In this document: piece by piece, positions 58,605 to 64,000 of the stretch | Layout of the letters: each line of letters begins with the position of its first letter | Position numbering within the stretch: the stretch's first letter is position 1 | Assembly (NCBI GenBank): GCA_965248435.1 | Contig: OZ252100.1 | Span: 1,568,001-1,632,000 of the forward strand | Length of the DNA stretch: 64,000 bases | Direction of reading: 5' to 3' | Origin: Candidatus Latescibacterota bacterium | GTDB taxonomy: Bacteria; Latescibacterota; UBA2968; GCA-2709665 | Program-made: the position numbers and the translations under genes | The notes under the pieces: generated by a model | Seen by the model: the letters and a program-made list of their open reading frames with translations, nothing else | Told to the model about the DNA's origin: nothing | Databases searched by the model: none

Positions 58605-59003
58605 CTACCGCTTGGAAAACTGGAAGCGACGCCGAGCGCCGGGCTGTCCCGGCTTCTTTCGCTCCACGACCCGCGGATCACGCGTCAGCAGGCCTGCCGA
58701 GCGCAGGGGTTTTCTCAACTCCTCATCGATGGCCACTAACCCCCTCGCGATCCCGAGACGAATCGCACCCGCCTGGCCGCTCAAGCCGCCACCTTTTGCA
58801 CGGGCGACAATGTCGTAGGTCCCCGTTGCTTCGGTAACGCCAAGCGGCTGTTCAATGATCATGACGAGGGTTTCCCGCCTCAGATAATCCAGGGCCTCTT
58901 TACCGTTGATGGTGATCTTTCCAGACCCCTCGAATAGCTCAACGTTCGCTGTGGCACTCTTTCGGCGGCCTGTCGCCGAAACAATCGCTTTGCTCAAACT
59001 CAC
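58605..59003 (-). CDS. rpsI: 30S ribosomal protein S9
   Basis: [31 protein letters not shown]. Confidence 0.98.
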   Translation of the reverse strand: MSLSKAIVSATGRRKSATANVELFEGSGKITINGKEALDYLRRETLVMIIEQPLGVTEATGTYDIVARAKGGGLSGQAGAIRLGIARGLVAIDEELRKPLRSAGLLTRDPRVVERKKPGQPGARRRFQFSKR

Positions 59004-59455
59004 CTCCGCTCAAAAGCATTCGAACCCACATCGATCGTCTCTGGGTTCTGAGCCTGATGTGGATGGTCGGGCCCGGCATAGATCCTTATCTTTTTCATCA
59101 TCTTTCGACCTAGCCGGTTCTTCGGAAGCATCCCTTTTACAGCGTGCTGGATCACGAGCTCCGGACGCTTCTCGAGCAGTTCACTCAAGCTTCGAGTCTT
59201 GAGACCGCTCGGGTAGCCACTATAGCTGGTATAAACCTTCTGGTCCGGTTTGTTGTTGCCTGTCACCTTTATGCTGGATGCGTTGATCACGACAACGTGG
59301 TCGCCTGTATCAACGTGAGGCGTGTAGATCGGTTTGTGTTTCCCTCTCAGAATCTTGGCCACCTCACTCGCAAACCGCCCGAGGACCTTTCCGTTCGCGT
59401 CGGCGATGTACCATTTTCGTTCCACTTCCTCTTTCTTGGCGCTTAGTGTCTTCAT
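59000..59455 (-). CDS. rplM: 50S ribosomal protein L13
   Basis: [31 protein letters not shown]. Confidence 0.98.
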   Translation of the reverse strand: MKTLSAKKEEVERKWYIADANGKVLGRFASEVAKILRGKHKPIYTPHVDTGDHVVVINASSIKVTGNNKPDQKVYTSYSGYPSGLKTRSLSELLEKRPELVIQHAVKGMLPKNRLGRKMMKKIRIYAGPDHPHQAQNPETIDVGSNAFERR

Positions 59456-59504
59456 CTGACCAGATCTTCTCCTCGAATGCAGGTTAGGGCAAGTTGAGCC
59501 TTTA

Positions 59505-59532
59505 AAAATACGATTCCGGCCCTGTTTGTCAA
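59505..59532 (-). promoter_or_regulatory. Sigma70 promoter of the rplM operon
   Basis: TTGACA-N16-TATTTT. Confidence 0.6.
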
Positions 59533-59556
59533 GCAGTAAGAGACCCGAACCTGTTG

Positions 59557-59614
59557 AAAATAAAAGGCGTCGCACGGCGGGAATCCGGGTGTCCGGTCCA
59601 TCTCCGTGCGACGC
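59557..59614 (-). terminator. Probable terminator downstream of dppC
   Basis: GCGTCGCACGG..CCGTGCGACGC stem followed by CTTTTATTTT. Confidence 0.55.
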
Positions 59615-59844
59615 ATAACGTTCGACAGCATCCATCTCGCGGTCTGTGAAACTTAAAGACCGCCCAAAAGGACGGATTGCGTGCCGTTCGGTGACTGTTT
59701 AGATTCGCCAGGTGCGCTGCCAAACGAGATGGAATCCCGCTCCTGGCGAGCGCATCTAACTACAGCCACCTCCACTGGTCTCATCGCTCATTCGACCACC
59801 TCCTTTCCGTGTAACCGCAAATATAGGTGATCGTTTAGGGCAAG

Positions 59845-60768
59845 TCAACGCCATTTGCCCACACTTACGTAGGCCTGCATTCTGGGGTCGAAGGCATCCC
59901 GTAGTCCATCCCCGAGAAGGTTAAAGGCCAGCACCGTCAGGAAGATAGCGAGGCCGGGGAAGGTCAGGACCCAGGGCGCGCTCAGGATCAATTCCCGGCC
60001 ACCGCTCAACATGGCCCCCCACTCCGGTACGGGGGGCTGCGCTCCCAGCCCGAGGAAACTTAGCCCTGCGGCGTCCAGGATCGCGGTTGCCAGCCCGAGC
60101 GTGGACTGAACGATCAGAGGCGTCAGACAGTTCGGGAGGAGGGCAACCCGCAGGATCCGGAAGTCACCCGCGCCCAGCGCTCTGGCCGCCTGGACATAGT
60201 CCGTTTCTCTCACCGAAAGCGCCGATGCGCGGGCCAGCCGGGCATACTGCGGGATAGCGACGATGCCCACGGCCAGCATGGCGTTCTCCAGGCCGGGGCC
60301 GAGGACGGAGACGATCCCGATGGCCAGCAGAATGCTCGGAAAGGCGAGCATCAGATCCATGGCCCGCATCAATACCTGATCCAGCGGGCCGCCCCAATAG
60401 CCTGCGGAAAGTCCGATGGCCGTCCCGAACACCAGGGAAATCATCACAGCCACCACGCCCACCCGGAGTGAGATCCTGGCTCCGTGGAGGACCCGGCTGA
60501 GGATGTCCCTTCCGAAGTCGTCGGTGCCGAACGGGTGCGTCAACGAGGGGGCCGAAAGGCGATTGTAAAGATCCTGGGCGAGGGGGTCGCCAGGGGAAAT
60601 GATCGGGGCCGCCGCAGCCAGCAGCAGGAAGGTGATCAACAGCAGACCCCCAAGCACTGCGAGCCGGTTACCTTTCAGTCTAAGCCAGATCTTCTTCGAC
60701 TGGCCGACGGAAAGGCGCGCGTTAGGCAGGCGATTCGTGCTGCCGGCGACAGATTCATCTGGCGCCAT
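59845..60768 (-). CDS. dppC: Peptide/nickel ABC transporter permease (DppC/OppC)
   Basis: HPFGTDDFGRD, YVQAARALGA, LSFLGLG..PEWG, FNLLGDGLRD. Confidence 0.9.
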   Translation of the reverse strand: MAPDESVAGSTNRLPNARLSVGQSKKIWLRLKGNRLAVLGGLLLITFLLLAAAAPIISPGDPLAQDLYNRLSAPSLTHPFGTDDFGRDILSRVLHGARISLRVGVVAVMISLVFGTAIGLSAGYWGGPLDQVLMRAMDLMLAFPSILLAIGIVSVLGPGLENAMLAVGIVAIPQYARLARASALSVRETDYVQAARALGAGDFRILRVALLPNCLTPLIVQSTLGLATAILDAAGLSFLGLGAQPPVPEWGAMLSGGRELILSAPWVLTFPGLAIFLTVLAFNLLGDGLRDAFDPRMQAYVSVGKWR

Positions 60769-61765
60769 ACTTGATCCTCGGATCCAGCCAGGCGTAGAAG
60801 AGGTCCGTCAGCAGGTTGATGATCACGAACGTCGTAGCGATAAGCAGCACGCCTCCTTGGATGGCTCGAAAATCGCGCGCGTAGACCGCCAGGAGCAGCC
60901 AGCGACCCACGCCGGGCCAGGCGAAAATGGTCTCGGTAATCACCGCACCCCCAAGCAAGTAGCCGAACTGCAAACTGATCACGGTAAGGATCGGAATGAA
61001 CGCATTCTTCATGCCGTGACGCAGGACCACGGCACGCTCCGAGAGCCCCTTCGCCCACGCCGTACGCACATAGTCCTCCCGCAACACCTCGAGCATGCTG
61101 GAACGGGTCATCCTCGCGATCACGGCGGCGGGAACCGTCCCCAGCGTCACTGCGGGCAGGACCAGGTGCCACAGGGCATCGCCGAATGCTCGAACGTCAC
61201 CGACGAGCAAGCTGTCCACCAGGTAGAGCCCGGTTGCGGAGGGGATAAACAGGGTGCTGCTGATCCGCCCGGAGACCGGAAAGAGCCCCGCGGCAAGCGC
61301 CAGTGTCATGATAAGAATCAGCCCCAACCAGAAGATGGGCATCGAAACGCCCATGAGTGAAGCGGTCATCCCAAGATAGTCGAGCAGAGACCCACGTCGA
61401 ACGGCGGACAGCAGACCCGCCGAGATCCCCAGAATCATCGCCAGTGCCATGCTCGCCAGGGTGAGTTCAATCGTAGCAGGGAATCGGCTCAGAAGCTCAA
61501 CGGAAACCCTCTCGTGAGTCTTGATCGACCGGCCCAAATCCCCCTCGAGCAGGCCCGCGAGGTAGCGCCCGAACTGGATGTGGAGGGGGCGGTCCAGCCC
61601 CAGTTGGTGTCGCAGGGCCTCGACGCTGCTCGCGCTTGCGCGCTCACCCAGCATCACCTGTGCCGGGTCCCCGGGTACCAGATGGACCATCAGGAACACC
61701 AGCACGCTGATTCCCAGGAGGGTGGGAATCAAGAGCAGCAGACGTTTGAGCAGGAAGGCGCGCAC
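60755..61765 (-). CDS. dppB: Peptide/nickel ABC transporter permease (DppB/OppB)
   Basis: PGDPA, GDLGRS, DYVRTAWAKGL, ETIFAWPG, LDPRI. Confidence 0.92.
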   Translation of the reverse strand: MRAFLLKRLLLLIPTLLGISVLVFLMVHLVPGDPAQVMLGERASASSVEALRHQLGLDRPLHIQFGRYLAGLLEGDLGRSIKTHERVSVELLSRFPATIELTLASMALAMILGISAGLLSAVRRGSLLDYLGMTASLMGVSMPIFWLGLILIMTLALAAGLFPVSGRISSTLFIPSATGLYLVDSLLVGDVRAFGDALWHLVLPAVTLGTVPAAVIARMTRSSMLEVLREDYVRTAWAKGLSERAVVLRHGMKNAFIPILTVISLQFGYLLGGAVITETIFAWPGVGRWLLLAVYARDFRAIQGGVLLIATTFVIINLLTDLFYAWLDPRIKYGAR

Positions 61766-61915
61766 GGATGAAATCGGCTGGTAGGGAGGTTATTGGAAGG
61801 TTTTAGCCAGATGTTAGGGCCAAGGCTATAAGCGTTGTTGTAGAACACACCGACTTAACGATTATACGCATACTGGGGCCGATCCTGGGATTTTTCCCGA
61901 AATCGCGCAAAACGA

Positions 61916-62102
61916 TCAGGGCCGCGGTGTGCGACTCCTATGCAACCACCTGATGAACGTATCTCGTATCTCGTGAAGCGTATCTCGTCCGAGGTATCTT
62001 GCAAGTTCACTACTCGAGGTGTCGACGAGTTCTGGTGAGCTCCGGTGTTGGCCAGATACGAGATGCGAAATACGAGATACGGGTTTCCGGCCGCCGGAGG
62101 CA
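61916..62102 (-). mobile_element. Structured repeat element, copy 5 (187 bp): conserved ends, interior replaced by TATCTCG/CGAGATA inverted heptamers
   Basis: TCAGGGCCGCGGTGTGCGACTCC ... GGCCGCCGGAGGCA. Confidence 0.75.
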
Positions 62103-62139
62103 AGAGGCTGTGGGGTTCCTTGTGAAGAGCTTGTGCAAG

Positions 62140-63693
62140 CTACTCCTCGGCAAGCTCCACGTTGTGGAACCACTTGCTGCCGGTCGGATGGAGGAGGAAT
62201 CCGCTTACCGACGTCCTGAAGGCGGCCGTCTGTGCGGCGTGAACCAGCGGAACCCACGGTGCGTCTCGGTTCACGATCTCCTGGGCCTGTCGATAAAGTG
62301 CCGTGCGGGAATCGATATCGACTTTACGCTGGGCGTCAACGAGCAGCTCGTGAAGCGCGTCGCTCCGGTAGAACGCGATGTTGTTCGCAGGGTATTCCGT
62401 CGCGTTCTTGTCCAGAAGCACGTACAGGAAATTGTCCGGGTCCCCGTTGTCTCCGGTCCAGCCCAGAAGGGCCATGTCGTGCTGGCCGCGCTGCACCTTG
62501 TCCAGATAGGTCCCCCACTCGAAGGTGACGATCTCCGCCTCGATCCCGACTGCCGTCAGGTCGGCCTGAATCGCCTGCGCGATCTTCAGCGGCTGCGGCA
62601 TGTAGGGTCTTGGCACCGGCATCGCCCAGAGCGTTGTTCGAAACCCGTCGGGAAAACCGGCTTCCGCCAGGAGCGCTCGAGCGCGTTCCGGATCGTATGC
62701 GTAGCCCTTTACCTCCTCGTTGTAGCTCCAGAGCGTGGGCGGGATCGGATTGACGGCCGGAATCGCCATGCCTTGATACAGGTTGTCCACGAGGGCCTGC
62801 TTGTTGACCGCGTGGTTGATCGCCCGCCGCACGTCAAGCAGGTGGAAAGGCGGGCGGTCCATGTTCATCGCGAGGTAGCCCACGTTCATTCCGGCCTGAG
62901 TCAACAGCTGCAGGTTCGGATCCGCCTCGATGTTAGGGATGAAATCGGGCACCAGGTTGTCCATCCCGTGAATCGACCCCTTGGTGAGCGCGATCAACCT
63001 GACGGAATTCTCCGGAATACTCTTGAAGATCAGACGATTGACGCTCGGAGGCTTTCCCCAGTAGTCCGGATTCTTCTCGAGTACGACCCGGTCGTCCTTG
63101 ATCCACTCCACAAAACGGAAGGGCCCGGTCCCCACAGGGTGCCGGGGATAGTCATCCCCCCATCGCCTGACCGCGGTCGGGCTCACGATGGCGCAGAAGT
63201 TCATGGCCAGGTTCGATAGAAACGGTGCGTTGGGCCTGGACAACTCGATCTCCAACGTATATTCATCCACCGCGCGCACATCCCGCACGATCTCACTCAT
63301 CGACATGCTGTTCCAGTACTGATAGGCCCCCTCTACACGATGCGACGGGTGGTCCTCCTTGAACTGTCTGCCGAGTGAAAAAACCGCAGCCTCTGCGCTG
63401 AACTGGGTGCCGTCGTGAAAGCGGACATCCCTTCTCAAATGAAACGTCCAGGTCAGCCCGTCATCCGAAATCTCCCAGGATTCTGCGAGTTCGGGGATCA
63501 CCTCCGTCTTCTCGGGCCTGAAGGTCACGAGCGTCTGATAGATGTTGTCGCAGACCTTGAACGACTCGCCGTCTGTCTCCAGGGCGGGGTCGAGCCCTAC
63601 GGAATCGCCGCCGCGACCGTAAACCAGGGTGTTCGACTCCTGTGGCGCGCACGACATCAACGCCATCAACGCCGCAAAAGCGATCAATCGCAT
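62140..63693 (-). CDS. dppA: Dipeptide ABC transporter substrate-binding lipoprotein (family 5)
   Basis: Lipobox LMSC, LAESWE, FHDG, GTGPF, MPVPRPY, GWTGDNGDPDNF. Confidence 0.93.
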   Translation of the reverse strand: MRLIAFAALMALMSCAPQESNTLVYGRGGDSVGLDPALETDGESFKVCDNIYQTLVTFRPEKTEVIPELAESWEISDDGLTWTFHLRRDVRFHDGTQFSAEAAVFSLGRQFKEDHPSHRVEGAYQYWNSMSMSEIVRDVRAVDEYTLEIELSRPNAPFLSNLAMNFCAIVSPTAVRRWGDDYPRHPVGTGPFRFVEWIKDDRVVLEKNPDYWGKPPSVNRLIFKSIPENSVRLIALTKGSIHGMDNLVPDFIPNIEADPNLQLLTQAGMNVGYLAMNMDRPPFHLLDVRRAINHAVNKQALVDNLYQGMAIPAVNPIPPTLWSYNEEVKGYAYDPERARALLAEAGFPDGFRTTLWAMPVPRPYMPQPLKIAQAIQADLTAVGIEAEIVTFEWGTYLDKVQRGQHDMALLGWTGDNGDPDNFLYVLLDKNATEYPANNIAFYRSDALHELLVDAQRKVDIDSRTALYRQAQEIVNRDAPWVPLVHAAQTAAFRTSVSGFLLHPTGSKWFHNVELAEE

Positions 63694-63922
63694 CGTCTAC
63701 CCTCTCTAAAAATCAACCTCGATCCCTCTTTAGGCGAATCTACTTCTGAATGAATATTTTTTCGCCAAAAGAATCCTCCCCCTTTGGAAAAGGGGGGCAG
63801 GGGGGATTTGTTTCCATGTCGGACATCGATCTGCCCTCAACCGTGTCCAGGGACTGGACAAAAATTCGGCCAGCAGTCCGCTCGCTTGTCTGCTGGCCGT
63901 GTGCTACTCCATTGTAGATATC

Positions 63923-64000
63923 CTATTCGGAAAACGCGTCGTCGAACGCACGGCCTGGGAGGTCGAAATCCATGCTGTTCACGAACGCGCAGGCCTCCGC
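63923..64000 (-). CDS. 3' end of an unidentified CDS entering from the window edge
   Basis: AEACAFVNSMDFDLPGRAFDDAFSE* in one open frame. Confidence 0.35.
   Translation of the reverse strand, partial: AEACAFVNSMDFDLPGRAFDDAFSE

Noticed and set aside
1-64000. tRNA/rRNA genes, prophage, defence systems
   Set aside because: No cloverleaf or rRNA signatures and no phage or defence proteins recognised by eye

Overview
GC-rich diderm bacterial DNA. It is most consistent with the FCB superphylum, probably Ca. Latescibacterota; this is inferred from dockerin/EF-hand 'GDFDGDGxVGFxDF' tails, a T9SS-like CTD and PhyH/sulfatase/enolase-family genes. Contents in order: (1) a sigma54-driven flagellar operon flgFGAHIJNKL with no flgM, whose flgL runs in-frame into unrelated methyltransferase-like sequence near base 275; (2) enolase-family, dipeptidase and sulfatase genes; (3) guaA followed by three secreted cohesin+dockerin proteins, one with an in-frame TGA at a Trp position; (4) two tandem FlgT-C-like envelope proteins; (5) gdhA and a divergent orphan EboE-like protein; (6) a circularly permuted flavin reductase fused to a membrane polyferredoxin; (7) a PhyH x2/RraA/M24/HpcH x2/IolD catabolic cluster; (8) an Omp85/giant barrel/NHL cluster; (9) dapL and rplM-rpsI-rpsB-tsf-frr without pyrH; (10) a dpp-type ABC transporter. 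The most striking non-coding signal is a layered set of non-autonomous repeats. A 187-349 bp structured element occurs five times in one orientation, and two copies sit in-frame just before the signal-peptide h-regions of adjacent outer-membrane genes. There are also 23-bp micro-elements nested in other repeats, GTAG REPs and several heptamer/octamer arrays. No transposase, CRISPR, rRNA or tRNA was recognised.
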